A DNA stretch of 64,000 bases from Eledone cirrhosa (GCA_964016885.1 OZ024741.1:103788001-103852000), one strand, 5' to 3'. Shown: positions 15,497 to 45,363, counted from the first letter of the stretch. The notes: generated by a model from the letters alone, not told the origin. A program made the numbers and translations.

Positions 15497-15655
15497 GGCA
15501 GTATCGGTAGGGCATAGACCACCGGCTATTTACGTTCTGAGTTCAAATACTGCCATGGTTAGCTTTACCTTTCATCCTAACGGCGTTGATAAAATAAAGT
15601 ACTACTAACACACTGAAATGTATTTAATCTTGTGCCAAAATTAGAAACAATTATA
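15497..15655 (+). mobile_element. SINE family A, decayed copy
   Basis: ggcagtatcggtag..gagttcaaatac..cctttcatcc..gataaaataaagtac..tgtgccaaaattagaaacaattat. Confidence 0.7.
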
Positions 15656-15695
15656 TCCATAGATAATTTCTAATGTCGTCTCTATTTCCGCTTAA

Positions 15696-15916
15696 CCCTT
15701 TAGCATTCACATTACTCTATATATACTATTGTATTTTTGTAGTAAACACTTTATCTTACATAATTACGTCACATAATATCGAATCTACGAGATTTTGATG
15801 TTATTTATTTTAAGAACAATACCTTAACATCAGTATAAGCAGCCAGTTTCAACTGGTTTGAACAGAAAAAGGTGAGACATTTCTAGCCAGATATGGCCTG
15901 TTTGAGTGCTAAAGGG
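15696..15916. mobile_element. piggyBac-type MITE (221 bp)
   Basis: TTAA|CCCTTTAGCATTCA...TGAGTGCTAAAGGG|TTAA; TTAA target duplication and CCC/GGG termini; same end seen near 39662. Confidence 0.85.
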
Positions 15917-16613
15917 TTAATACATTTTTAATATTTCTTACTCAGTCGATTTCGAATGTTTTCACTCTAATATAATACCTATCACGTCATTCTATTTCTT
16001 TCTTTCTTTCATTTTCTCTTTAACTTCGGGAAATATAACTGTTTCTACATTTGACACAAGCCCAACAATTTGAAGGAAGCAGGAAAGTCGATTAAATCGA
16101 CCCCATTGAGTGCTTTATTTTATCGACTCCGTAAGGATGAAAGGTACACACCGCCCAAATACATAGCTCAATCCAGAATAGCTAAAATATCCTAACGATT
16201 ACAACTTGATTCAAAATTTGCATTAAAAATTGACATAAAAACAAACAAAAGCACACAATATTTGACAGGAACACGCACATACAACATTATAGACATGCCA
16301 GTGCACAGACGACGCCATCCACCATTACTTCCGGTTGCTATAAACAGACCACCGCTTGCAAACAAATAAAGTAAGATGACATGCCTATAACAACAAAAGC
16401 ACAAACTTTGAATCAGTTTCTTATTATAATCTTCTGATGAAGAAATTTTAGTCCCGAAATATTAGGATCAGTAAAATAACTGGTGACACATTAATATCAT
16501 TGTTTTCACTATTTTCCAAAATCAACCGTCCATTTTGCATTGTAGCGTTCGCATACCATACTACTTTATACACTTACTTCGAGCAAAATATAACACTCTC
16601 TTATATATCATTA

Positions 16614-17537
16614 TCTATAAAAGGCAGATTTTTGTGTCTGTATGTATGTTTCAATTTTATGCATTTGCACAATTTCAAACCGATTCGACTGAATGTCTGT
16701 AAGAATGTTGTGAATGGTCTAACTTAGGTCAACGACTATTTATTTATTTCAAACTCACCCACAATTACGGAAATAATCGATAAAACTAAATACATGACGC
16801 TTTATCCCTCTAATAGAATCTGCTTACCTCTCTCTACTCCCCTTAAAATTCGATAAAACTACATACATGCTGCAACTTTCTCTTATACGCTTAAACTTAC
16901 AAACTTCCTTTAGGAACGCCAAAGAGAGGAGAGAGAGAAAGAGAGCGTTTGTTTTTTAGTGTGGAACGGTCAAACATTTATTTACTTCAATGACAACAAA
17001 GATTATTACATTTCATACGAAACAACAATTATTCAAAAGCAACAGATAAATTTATTCAACAACAAAAAAACAGCGATAAATCTTTTTTAAAACATCACTC
17101 AACGAACGTGGAAGAAAGAAGTATCAATTTATTTACTATACACAATAATATACTCTATGGGTTCACTAAACCTGCTAGAAACAGCAGCTAACTCTCCCCC
17201 ATATCTTACCCCTCCCTACTGTTTTAAATTTAGAAAACACACATTAGACAACCATGCAGAACAACTCCATCGCAGCTCTGTTGTTCGGCTGGCATCGTCT
17301 ACACGCGTGTTGCGCAAGTACTGTGAAACAATAAATTTCAACACTTCTTTGCACAGAAATAATATCCATAGGCGAAACTACAATTGTAACTGCTGGCGCA
17401 GCTCCTGCTTCGGCAGTCCAGGTCTGCAATTCATTCACCCAGTGCCTGGCAGACAAAAAAGTGCTGCCATAAAATGGGTGGTGCAACCTAACTTTGGTAA
17501 CTTACTGACCCCGAGCAACGCCGGGCTTTAATGCTAG
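16614..17537 (+). mobile_element. Non-autonomous Helitron
   Basis: A|TCTATAAAAGG 5' end; 3' hairpin CCCG-agcaacgc-CGGG followed by CTAG|T; contains a SINE-like insert near 17150-17260. Confidence 0.75.
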
Positions 17538-18070
17538 TATGTATATATATTCTAACACTGAGGGAATTTTACCCAATTTTCTCGGATATTTTTATACTAT
17601 ATATATATAGAGAGAGAGGGGGGGGGGGGCAGAGAACAAAATGCATGCAAGTGGTGGTAAGAAACTCTCAGGAGAGCTGGACAACAGAAGGTATTCAGAG
17701 AAGAAACCTCCTCAAGCAAGCGTTTCGGCCCATGACTTCTTACACTCAAAGGGGGCCAGGCTGCATCCAGGTCATGACTCCTGGGTGTCCTTCTGCTGAC
17801 ATTTAGCCATTCGAATATCGAAGACTTAAACTGTATAGATATTTTGTTGACAGAATCTAGCTGGAACTGATCTCTGTTACTTTTGCTTTCACACTTATAT
17901 TCAAACGAATTCTTAAGTTTGGAAAGATAACGTTGTTAGTTATGCTAACAGTGAGATGGCAACAGTGTCACCACCAATACTGCAACCAAGAGTCACTGAG
18001 AGTTACTTTCCTTAGCGTTCACTAAAATACCAACACGGTGTTCTGAAACCGTATAATATCATGTAATAAT

Positions 18071-18256
18071 TGTTTCTACTTTTAGCACGAGGCCAGCAAT
18101 TATCCCAGTGCATTACTGGTACTTTATTTTATCGACCCCGTAAGGATGAAAGGCAAAGTTAACCTCGACGGGATTTGAACTCAGGCCGTAAAGGGACCTA
18201 ACTATTCTGCAAAGCATGGCGTCCGACCCTCTACCGATACTGCCAATTCACCGCCC
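18071..18256 (-). mobile_element. SINE family A, full length with 17-bp TSD
   Basis: TSD taatatcatgtaataat at 18054-18070 and 18257-18273. Confidence 0.9.
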
Positions 18257-18452
18257 TAATATCATGTAATAATGAAAAGTATTGTGTCCAGTGCTCAGAT
18301 GCACCATAATTCATCAAAGGTGCATGTATAGTACATAATATATTGTACAGAAGTCAGGAAAGTGAACAGTGTATGAGTCATGATATACATAGAGACACAC
18401 ATACACACACACATGCGTGCGTGCGTATGGATGGGGAATATCAGGTGTAGTG

Positions 18453-19035
18453 TTAACGAATTTCAGGAAGCATGGAAGTTTCGAAAGAGGTATTGTCCCG
18501 ACAGCTAACAATTGATGCAGGTAGTTTGTTCCCTGCTTCAGCAACTCTGAGCGTGAAAAAATGTTTCCGAAAGTCATGGGAGCTATGCTGTTTTCTGATT
18601 TTATAAGTATGTCCACGGGTGTTAGATATATGGAATTCAAAAAGGTGTCCAGGTTTGTTGTTGGAAAGCTGGTTAATAATCTTATGGGTGTCTACCAAGT
18701 CAGTTGCCAGACGTCGGAGCCTTAATGTATCCATGCCCAGGGAAGCAAGGCTTTCAGAGTATGGTAGATGCCTGATGGGGGGGGGGGGGGGGGGGGTTCG
18801 TCTCTGAACAGTTTCCAGATCAATATTCTGAGCAAGGTAGGTGTTCCAGACTGGTGATGCAAATTCTAAGTGTGGATGCTTTAAATAGATAGCAGGAGAG
18901 CAGCTGACAAAGGTCTTATTGTGTGATGCTAAGATACCCTCGGCCTTCTTGGCAATTTTAGATATGTGCTTTGTCCAACGCAAATCACTGTTGTACAGTA
19001 ATGCCCAGGTCACGTTCACAAGAAGACTTCCTAAT
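18453..19035 (-). mobile_element. CR1-like LINE ORF2 C-terminal fragment (decayed)
   Basis: PHLEFASPVWN..LETVQRR..LPYSESL..LRLRR..DL..THKII..TRGHTYKI..RKHFFTLRV..NKLP. Confidence 0.85.
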
Positions 19036-19179
19036 ATTGGTGTTGTGGAAGGAGTATGTGAAATCTGGATTTCAGCTTATGATGATATATATATACATGG
19101 CAAGTTGTTCTTGTTTAGTTTCCCACAGCTTTTTCATTGCCAGCTATTGTGGATACACTATGCTCAGACCAACTGATAT

Positions 19180-20325
19180 ATAGATTGTTTTAGTCACCTT
19201 GACAAAATCCAGCTGGAACTCTTCCGCTACCTCTGATATTGCCTTTAGGGCTTTGGTCCTGGTCTTCCTAAAGACTGAAAATTGTTTCACGAGACTAGCG
19301 TATTTTTCGGTCTTGAACACGTATGCTTCTTCTATTCTATTTTAAAATGGCAAGGTAAGTTCAATAAAAATCAGCTGTTTTGATGAACTGGAATGGAGTA
19401 CAATATCCGGCCTCAAGTTACTCTTCCTGGTGATTTCTGGTTGCTTTGCTGATCCTGGGAAGTCTGCTGTACACCCCCAGTCGTTTGCACCACTCAGAAT
19501 ACTCGATTCCCATGCTCTGTATGGCATAGCTGTTCCTGGACATGATTTGCTGCCTCCTGTCGTATAGAATGCTGTTAGAGATTCTTGCGCCACGGGTTTT
19601 ACTTTTGCTGTACTTGTCACATGTACGATCTTTTTAAGTACTTGATTGTGTCTCCACATCTACCTTCCTTGGGCTAAGGCTACTCTGTATGAACTCAGAA
19701 CGTGTTTCACCGTCTGTCTACCCTGGCAAAGTGGGCACTCAGGTTTATCTGATTTTTTCCACTTCACTAGATTCGTATTCGATGAGAAAACTGATTCTAA
19801 GAGGTGCCCCATGCCACAAGTCATTCCAACTGAGACACTTCTTGAGTGCACCTTCCCACGTCGTTCACTGGCTCTCTTGGTTCTGCTTAACTGCCTTCTG
19901 GAGTCCTTTTTTTTTTTCACCTCCTATAAAATCAGATCTCTCATATTTCCCTTGGCCTCTGACCGATCACCATTTCATTTTTGTTACGTCCAGTCCCTAC
20001 CTATTGGCCCGAGTGTGTCCCATTATTTCTCTGACCGTAAGGCTTTCCTTTGCTGCACCCACCGCCTCTTGGACTTTCCATTTTCTGCCTCTCTTCAGCT
20101 TGTGCCGGATCGACCTCATGATCTTGTCTTCCGAGTTCTAGAGCATGGCCAAGGGATTTGTTTTTCCGATTTTGTACTCTTCAACGATAGATTTGAGAGG
20201 TAGCATCATCTTGGGCTGGCGACAGTAGAGTGCAGTATCAATGAGTCCTACTGGAACATCAAGCCACATCCTTGTGTATTTGTTGATGTTTGCCTTGCGT
20301 TTCTCCATGTTATGTCTTCGTATTA
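19180..20325 (-). mobile_element. HERO/NeSL-like RLE non-LTR retrotransposon, 5'-truncated and frameshifted
   Basis: CPLCQGRQTVKHVLSS.RVALAQGR.WRHNQVL knuckle region; LRPDIVL..KQLIFIELTLPF restriction-like endonuclease; upstream ALYC..LPLKSIVEEYK. Confidence 0.85.
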
Positions 20326-20478
20326 AAATTAATAATAAATATATATATATATACATACATTGTTTGCGTTTTGTCCTCCTATTAGTTAACAGACGAAATT
20401 TCCCCAATATGCCACAATGTGGTTGAACACAGCCACGGTACTATTTTATATTACTTATTCGGTATATTTACATGTAGT

Positions 20479-20552
<74 letters not shown>

Positions 20553-21174
20553 TAAATTATTCAAGTAACAGTTTTTTTCAAATTTTATTCATAAATAATG
20601 AGAAAAATAAGAAACTTTTTTTAATAAATGAAACCAGAGTTTATTCATATTCTCTACAGCAATGTTATGAAATATATAATCATTTCTTATCGTGTCAGAA
20701 AGAGCATTATATATATATATATATATATTAGAAAGTGAGGGTTTTTTTACAAAATGAAAAATAACCGAGGTGTCCTACACGAGTGAAAGTATAAAGAAAA
20801 AAAGATGAAATCGAAAATGCAACTGGAGTTTTATTTTTTAAAATATATATATATTTATTTGGTTCCTTTACCGGTTTCGCAGTTCTTCTGCTTTTCAAAA
20901 GTAGAGTTGAGATGGAGGGTCTGTGGTTTTTCTCACATCTTTTCTCACATATATATATATTTGAGGCAGGATATCCTTAAATTAAAAAATGGCAGCATAA
21001 GAGCGACACAAAATACCTTTCTCCGAATTACTCTCTTCAAATATACTTTTGATGAAGACAGATTGTCCAAAAATATAAGGAACATTAAACACCTCTAAAT
21101 TAACATCCAACACCTTTGTTATATTTTTACAATTAATGTCTAATTCGCATTTGTGGTAGCCTTCTAATAAAACC

Positions 21175-21214
<40 letters not shown>

Positions 21215-21945
21215 CACATACAATCGTAATAATAGATACAAACACCAAAATCCAGAGAGGGCTCGATAAGGGATGCGCGCGTGCATGCGTGTGTGTTCTC
21301 TTCTTCATCCACATACCTATTTGCTCCATGGATATATATATATATATATATATATTTTTTTTGCTCTAAAAATTTTTCCGCCCTACCCGTCTCCTCAATC
21401 TTTCTATTTCGTCTTTAATTTCTTATTCTGTCTCCTGGTGGAGGAAGAGAGAGTCACACATGTATACGTTCATGCGCCGTGCAATGGGCTTCTACAGTTT
21501 CCGTCAAACAAATTCCACTCACAAGGCACTGATCAACTCGAGGCTATGGTCGAAGATAATTCATTAATGTATCTATACGTTTGTTCTTATCAAAAAATAA
21601 GGAAACTGCTGAGTATGTGTATCAACTAAAATAAACAACGAGTAGTAAACATTCTTAACGTCTTTTAAAACACTTTAAAGGGAAATAACTCAAAATATAA
21701 AACTTGCAATTCTGTATTCAAGGGATATAACAAACGAAATTTGCCTGCCTACTTGCCTGTCTAGGGGAAACAACTTTAAACGTTGGACGACATTCCAAGA
21801 ATTGCCATATAAAGATCTTTTACAGCAACATTAAACTAATAATATATTGGAACAAAGAACATAGATGGATGGAAGTAAATATCATGAAACATTATTATTT
21901 AGTCTGCTACTCTGCCATTCCACCGTCTTCTAGAGAAAATATAAT

Positions 21946-22129
21946 TGTTTCTACTTTTGGCACAAGGCCATCAATTAACCCAGTGCATTACTGGTACTTT
22001 ATTTTATCGACCTCGTAAGGATGAAAGGCAAAGTCAACCTCGGCGGGATTTGAACTCAGATCGTAAAGGGACGTAACTATGCTGGAAAGCATGGTGTCTG
22101 ACCCTCTACCGATACTGCCAATCCACCGC
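21946..22129 (-). mobile_element. SINE family A, full length with 16-bp TSD
   Basis: TSD ctagagaaaatataat at 21930-21945 and 22130-22145. Confidence 0.9.
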
Positions 22130-22739
22130 CTAGAGAAAATATAATGTTTAAGTATATTACTTCTAGAATCAACCTCTCTTTCTCTCTCTTCTTCGAGATA
22201 AGTTGGATAAAGTCTAATTTTTGTTGTTTTGTTTTTTTGTTTAGATATATCTTTGTATTTGTGAAAAGTGAACGGCATTGTGAAAGCTAACCACTACAGT
22301 TTTAAAGATGTCAAAGTTATCTGAAATAGACAAATGGAAACCACCTGAATATTGGTTCATCATGATGATTCCTGTTGTGCATCAAAATTCCGCAATTATG
22401 ACAGCAGCCCAATGTTCTTTGAACAATGTGATAGCAATAAGACATCAAAGGAAGAGCTACAATGGAGTGTACGATGCCGTGGCTTGTAGGAAAGAACACA
22501 GCATTCATTCTGACTGCCTCCATACACCAGAATTTTTGCAATAACTACAGGAGAAAGTGATGTAACACCTTGACAAGGGAATGCAAGCTTTATATATATG
22601 TGGAAGCATCGTTAGAACGTCGAATATACTGCTTTGCGGTATCTGTTCCTGCACTCTGAGTTAATCTCCACTAAAGTCAACTGTACCCTTCAGCTTTTCG
22701 AGGTTGATAAAATATCAGTTCAATACCGCCGCCGCCGCA

Positions 22740-23256
22740 AGGGGTGGTGTAGATAGCGGTGAGGGTAGGGGTAGTCGGACGGAGGTGTATTTTGGTTAAG
22801 AGGTGCCTACTGACTGTAGGTTTCGCTTTGTACTTAGGCAAGGCGGGTCTTCTATATTACTGGGTAGCACCAAAGATCTAGGTCCAGTGACATTGTCTTG
22901 CAGAGGTGTAAGTGTGTGAGGTCGGAATTTATCAAGTCGTCCCAGGTTTTTCTGGGTCTACCTACTCCGTAGCTACCGTCTATTTGATCACCCTGCACTT
23001 TTTTTATACAGCTGTCGTCTTTCATGCGCATCACGTGACCATACCAACGTAGTCTTCTCTCAAGTGAACAGCATCTCATCCCTCTTATTCCTAATTTCTC
23101 ACTTAGTTCATTTATGCTTTGCCGTTCGCGTATATTACTATTACACATCCAACGGAGCATGCAAGCTTCGTTCCTCTCCAGTCTGCGTATATCCTCTTCA
23201 TATAGGCCCATGTCTCACTGCCATGTAACATCATTGTTCATATGCAGGCATCATAC
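22740..23256 (-). mobile_element. RTE LINE fragment (ORF C-terminus and start of 3' UTR)
   Basis: [37 protein letters not shown]; begins in the tail of the 23262-25305 copy. Confidence 0.9.
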
Positions 23257-23261
23257 ATATA

Positions 23262-25305
23262 TATATCATCATCATCATCGTTTAACGTCCATCTTCCACG
23301 CTTGCATGGGTTTGGACGGGAGTTTTCCTACTTGAGGCAAGATTTGTTGTCCTGCTCGTATAGGACTGTCTGGCGGGTTTTCTACGGCTGGATGCCCTTC
23401 CTAACACCAACCACGTTTACAGTGTGGACTGGGAGGTTTTTACCGTGTTACCTACACGGCCACATTACAGCGTGGATTGTGTGTTTTTTTGTCGTGACAC
23501 CTACACGTCTGGCGGGTTTTCTACGGCTGGGTGCCCTTCCCAACACCAACCACGTTTACAGTGTGGACTGGGAGGTTTTTACCGTGTTACCTACACGGCC
23601 ACATTACAGCGTGGACTGTGTGTTTTTTTGTCGTGACACCTACACGACCTCATTTGTTTCGGACTGGATGTTGTGGTACCAACATAACTTCACATTTAAG
23701 GGGGTGGTGTGGATGGGGTAGGGGTAGTGGTACGGGGGTGTATATTTGGTTAAGAGGTGCCTACTGACTGTAGGTTTCGCTTTGTACTTAGGCAAGGCGG
23801 GTCTTCTGTATGACTGTGTAGCGCCAAAGATCTCGGTCCAGTGACATTGTCTTGGAGAGGTGTAAGTGTGTGAGGTCGGAATTTATCAAGTCGTCCCAGG
23901 TTTTTCTGGGTCTACCTACTCCGTGGCTACCGTCTATTTTTATCGCCCTGCACTTTTTTATACAGCTGTTTCTCATGCGCATCACGTGACCGTACCAACG
24001 TAGCCTTCTCTCGAATAAACATCTGATCCCTCTTATTCCTAATTTCTCCCTTAGTTCATTTATGCTTTGCCGTTCACGTATATTACTATTACACATCCAG
24101 CAGAGCATGCAAGCTTCGTTCCTCTCCAGTCTGCGTATATCCTCTGCACACAATGCCCAGGTCTCACTGCCATGTAACATGGCTGTTCGTATGCAGGCAT
24201 CATACAGCCTGCCTTTCATTTTTAGAGAGAGCCCTTTAGCGGCCAATAGTGGTATAACCTCTCTGAACTTTTTCCATCCCATTCTGACTCTAGCTACTGT
24301 ACTTTCAGAGCACCCTCCCCCACTGCTGATTCTGTCACCCAGGTAACGGAAGCTGTCCACTATTTCTATAGAACCATCTGTGCAATGGAATGAGCTAGTA
24401 TTCTGTGGGCACTTGCTGCTACTTATTGCACCAGAGCACCGGCCACATATAAAATCTATATTCTTAGTTAGCTTACCTGTGATCCCACTACATCTTTTAT
24501 GCACCCATACTTTGCATTTGGGACATAAAATGGAGTTTCTGTCTACTCCTTTCCTACACACTGAGCATGGCCATTGCCCAGGTGGGACCGGTGCCCTATT
24601 TTCCTTCCTACAAACTAGAACTTTAGTCTTAGACAAGTTAACTTTAAGGCCTTTTGATTCTAGGCCATGCTTCGATGTTTGGAATTTCTTCTCTAGTTCA
24701 GCCATTGATTCAGCTATGAGCGTTAGATCATCTGCATATAGGAGTTCCCATGGGCAGCCGGTCTTGAACTCCTCTGTTATAGCCTGAAGGGCAATAATAA
24801 ATAGTAGGGGGCTAAGAACGGAGCCCTGATGAACACCAACTTTTACGCTAAACTCTTCACTATATTCGTTGTTAATTCTAACCTTGCTGACTGTTTCTTT
24901 ATACATGGCTTGTATAGCTCTCACAAGCCATTCGTCAACACCTAGTTTTCTAAGAGCCCACCAGATAATGGAGCGGGGGACTCTGTCAAAAGCTTTCTCT
25001 AAGTCAACAAAAGCTAAGTATAGGGGTTTACTTTTAGCTAGATACTTCTCCTGTAGTTGTCGTACAATGAAAAGAGCGTCTGTGGTACTTTTACCTGACA
25101 CAAACCCGAACTGCATTTCATCTAGATCAATTCTCTCTCTGATTAGTTGCGCTATTACTTTTTCTGTGACCTTCATGACCTGGTCGATTAATTTAATGCC
25201 TCTATAGTTACCCCTATCTAGGGCATCTCCTTTACCCTTGTAGCAGTTAATGATGATACTGCTACGCCAGTCCTTCGGAACGGCCCCATTCTGTATGACT
25301 TGGTT
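23262..25305 (-). mobile_element. RTE-clade LINE, 5'-truncated; open RT ORF with internal PHD-like finger, full 3' UTR and (GAT)n(AT)n tail
   Basis: ORF about 25303-23788: NYRGIKL, QFGF, AFVDLEKAFD, GVHQGSVLSP, LYADD, FRYLG, GRPRKTW; roughly 127-bp tandem duplication in the 3' UTR. Confidence 0.95.
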
Positions 25306-25436
25306 ATATATATATATATAAATAAATAAATATGTATATATATAAGATGATGGTGATATTAATATCAGTGAATGATTAGTACTTTATTTTATACACCCAG
25401 CAAAGATGAATGTTATAAAAAACAATAACAATATAA

Positions 25437-25653
25437 TGATTTCTAATTTAAACACAAGGCCAGCAAATTTGGGGGAAAGGTGAAGCTGATTAAATTAAAC
25501 CCAGTACTTAACAGGTACTTTATTTTATCGACCTCAGAAGGAAGGATGAAAGGCAAAGTTGACCTCGGCGGGATTAGAACTCAGATCATAAAGGGACGTA
25601 ACTCTATGCTTCAAAGCATGGTGTCCGACTCTCTACCGATACTGCCAATCCAC
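25437..25653 (-). mobile_element. SINE family A copy
   Basis: Reverse complement of head, core and tail. Confidence 0.8.
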
Positions 25654-25764
25654 CAAATAATAATAATGATTTTCTAACATAGGCATGAGCGTAAACATGT
25701 TTGTGGAAGGAGATATTGCAAGCAGGGAAAAAGCGGACGTAAAAATGAAATGATGATTAATAAA

Positions 25765-26095
25765 AGGAATTCCAACTTTGTCTGATTTACTCGTTTTATT
25801 TACAATCCTTTAAAATTTATAATGGTATTAGAATGAAATAGTATGGTAGAATATTAAATGTTAAGTGTTAATTGATAATGTGTGGTGACAGTCAAGTTTG
25901 CAATTTTCAGTTGAAAATTGCAAACTTGACTGTCACCACACATTATGAACCTGAAGATTGCGAAAGCATGAAAGTACTTGTTCAATTAACACTTAACATT
26001 TAATATTCTACCATACTATTTCATTCTAATACCATTATAAATTTTAAAGGATTGTAAATAAAACGAGTAAATCAGACAAAGTTGGAATTCCTTTT
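25765..26095. repeat. About 330-bp fold-back palindrome (Penelope-like pseudo-LTR remnant)
   Basis: Near-perfect inverted arms centred near 25910; only the right arm contains a hammerhead motif. Confidence 0.85.
25946..25984 (+). ncRNA. Minimal type I hammerhead ribozyme motif
   Basis: tgaac CTGAAGA t TGC-gaaa-GCA t GAAA gtac TT gttca: stem I tgaac/gttca, palindromic stem III, predicted CUU site. Confidence 0.7.
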
Positions 26096-26129
26096 ATCAC
26101 AATCATACACACCCGTGTATATTTATCTA

Positions 26130-26176
<47 letters not shown>

Positions 26177-26210
26177 ACCTCAGTATTTGACTGGTATTAT
26201 TTTATTAACA

Positions 26211-26600
26211 GGGCGGTGGATTGGCAGTATCGGTAGAGGGTCGGACGCCATGCTTTCCAGCATAGTTACGTCTCTTTACGATCTGAGTTCAAATCCCGCC
26301 GAGGTTGACTTTTCCTTTCATCCTTACGGGGTCGATAAAATAAAGTACCAGTAATGCACTGGGTAATTGCTGGCCTTGTGCCTAAAGTAGAAACAATTAT
26401 TTTATTAACAGGGCGCTGAATTGGCAGTATCAGTAGAGGGTTGGACGCCATGCTTTCTAGCATAGTTACATCCCTTTACAGTCTGAATACAAATCCCGCC
26501 GAGGTTAACTTTGCCTTTCATCCTTACGGGGTCGATTAAATAAAGTACCAGTAATGTACTGGGTAATTGCTGGCCTTGTGCCAAAAGTAGAAACAATTAT
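26211..26600 (+). mobile_element. Head-to-tail dimer of SINE family A (200-bp period)
   Basis: attattttattaacaggg repeated at 26196, 26396 and 26596, flanking and separating two full copies. Confidence 0.9.
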
Positions 26601-26606
26601 TTTATT
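26601..26606 (-). terminator. Candidate poly(A) signal (AATAAA) of the ENTPD5/6-like gene
   Basis: First AATAAA seen on the minus strand, about 690 nt after the stop codon; it lies within a SINE target-site duplication. Confidence 0.45.
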
Positions 26607-26874
26607 AACAGGGGGAAAAATAAAAATTGAAGTCAACAAATAGTGAAAATAATAAAGATATTAAAATTTAAAATTTAGAAAATATAAAAAATAGAGAACA
26701 CAAAAACTAAATGTAACCCCAAAGTGTAAATAATTTAACAAAATTTATGCTTTCTGTTAATTCACAGATTCTGTCCCCAACAAAAAAAAACGAAAATGTA
26801 AATGACACCAACCCAAAACCCATGTCAACACTCACTCCACACCTTCAGCACCATCCACTCAACATTTTTGGCAC

Positions 26875-27178
26875 CATTAACACATTCGTCACTGCCCACT
26901 CAATACATTTGTCACTGCCCACTCAACTCATTCGTCACTGCCCACTCAATACATTTGTCACTGCCCACTCAACTCATTCGTCACTACCCACTCAACTCAT
27001 TCGTCACTACCCACTCAACTCATTCGTCACTACCCACTCAACTCATTCGTCACTGCCCACTCAACACATTCGTCACTGCCCACTCAATACATTTGTCACT
27101 GCCCACTCAACACATTCGTCACTGCCCACTCAACACATTCGTCACTGCCCACTCAATACATTTGTCACTGCCCACCCA
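26875..27178. repeat. 23-bp minisatellite (about 13 copies) in the predicted ENTPD 3' UTR
   Basis: Unit cactcaa(ct/ta/ca)catt(c/t)gtcact(g/a)cc. Confidence 0.9.
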
Positions 27179-27296
27179 ACAAGTTCAGCACCATTCACTA
27201 TACACCTCCATCATCAATACCACACCTCCCACACCTTCATTACCATAAATTCCAAGATGACTTTACTGTTCTCTTGTCTTCTCACTACTCCATCAT

Positions 27297-44439
<17,143 letters not shown>

Positions 44440-44827
44440 CTAAAAAGAGAAGGAAGATATTGCCACATATAATATCTGTGATTATTGATTATTTTCAGTA
44501 ACAACAACAACAATAACATACACATAACTACAGACCATATATATCACCACTGATAGACCACTACTGCATACACATCCTCATGCAAGATTACATATACCTC
44601 TACATGCCTATCCACTTTATTCCTCCTGGTAACCTCAGCCCACTTTTCTTTTTCCTTCCTAATCCCTTTCTTCTTTTCCAACCTCTCCTCTTTCCTAACT
44701 TCACTCTCTTCACAGTCTTGATGAAGGACTAATGTCCAATATGTTGCAAACACTTATTTCTCCTTTTCCTACAAGTGTTAACCGAATAATACTTTTTGTA
44801 ATTGCTTTCCATGTTTGTCTTTCAAAA

Positions 44828-44884
<57 letters not shown>

Positions 44885-44888
<4 letters not shown>

Positions 44889-45363
44889 GATGAGCTGATA
44901 AACTCCGACCTCACACACTTACACCTCTCCAAGACAATGTCACTGGACCGAGACCTTTGGCGGTACTCAGTAACAGAGAAGACCCGCCTTGCCAGTAGGC
45001 ATCTCTAACAAAATACACCCCGTCCCGCCACCACCCCCACCCCATCCACACCACCCCGTTCTATGTAAAGTTATGTTGGTGCCGCGCCATCCAGGCCGAA
45101 ACAAATGAGATTGTGTAGGTGTCACGACAAAAAAACACACAGTCCACGCTGTAATGTGGCCGTGTAGGCAACACGGTAAAAACCTCCCAGACCCACACTG
45201 TAAATGTGGTTGGTGTTAGGAAGGGCATCCAACTGTAGAAAACCTGCCAGACAGTCCTATGAGAGCAAGACAATTACTCTTGCCTCAAGTGGGACTACCC
45301 CCGTCCAAACCCATGCAAGCGTGGAACACGGACGTTAAACGTTGATGATGATGATGATGATGA
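44885..45363 (+). mobile_element. RTE 3' fragment
   Basis: [14 protein letters not shown], 3' UTR and (GAT)n tail; nearly identical to 46124-46601. Confidence 0.92.

Noticed and set aside
17705-17805. Possible hammerhead on the minus strand (GAAACGCTT with long stem II); similar weak cases near 2586, 12965, 13135 and 44718
   Set aside because: One core box is absent or too degenerate to call
22265-22590. Possible decayed mariner transposase (HHD-like motif)
   Set aside because: Needs several frameshifts; no TIRs or DD34D motif recognised
24062-25207. Plus-strand ORFs overlapping the RTE (also 45670-46170, 19646-20203, 57098-57385)
   Set aside because: Antisense shadows of retrotransposon coding sequence
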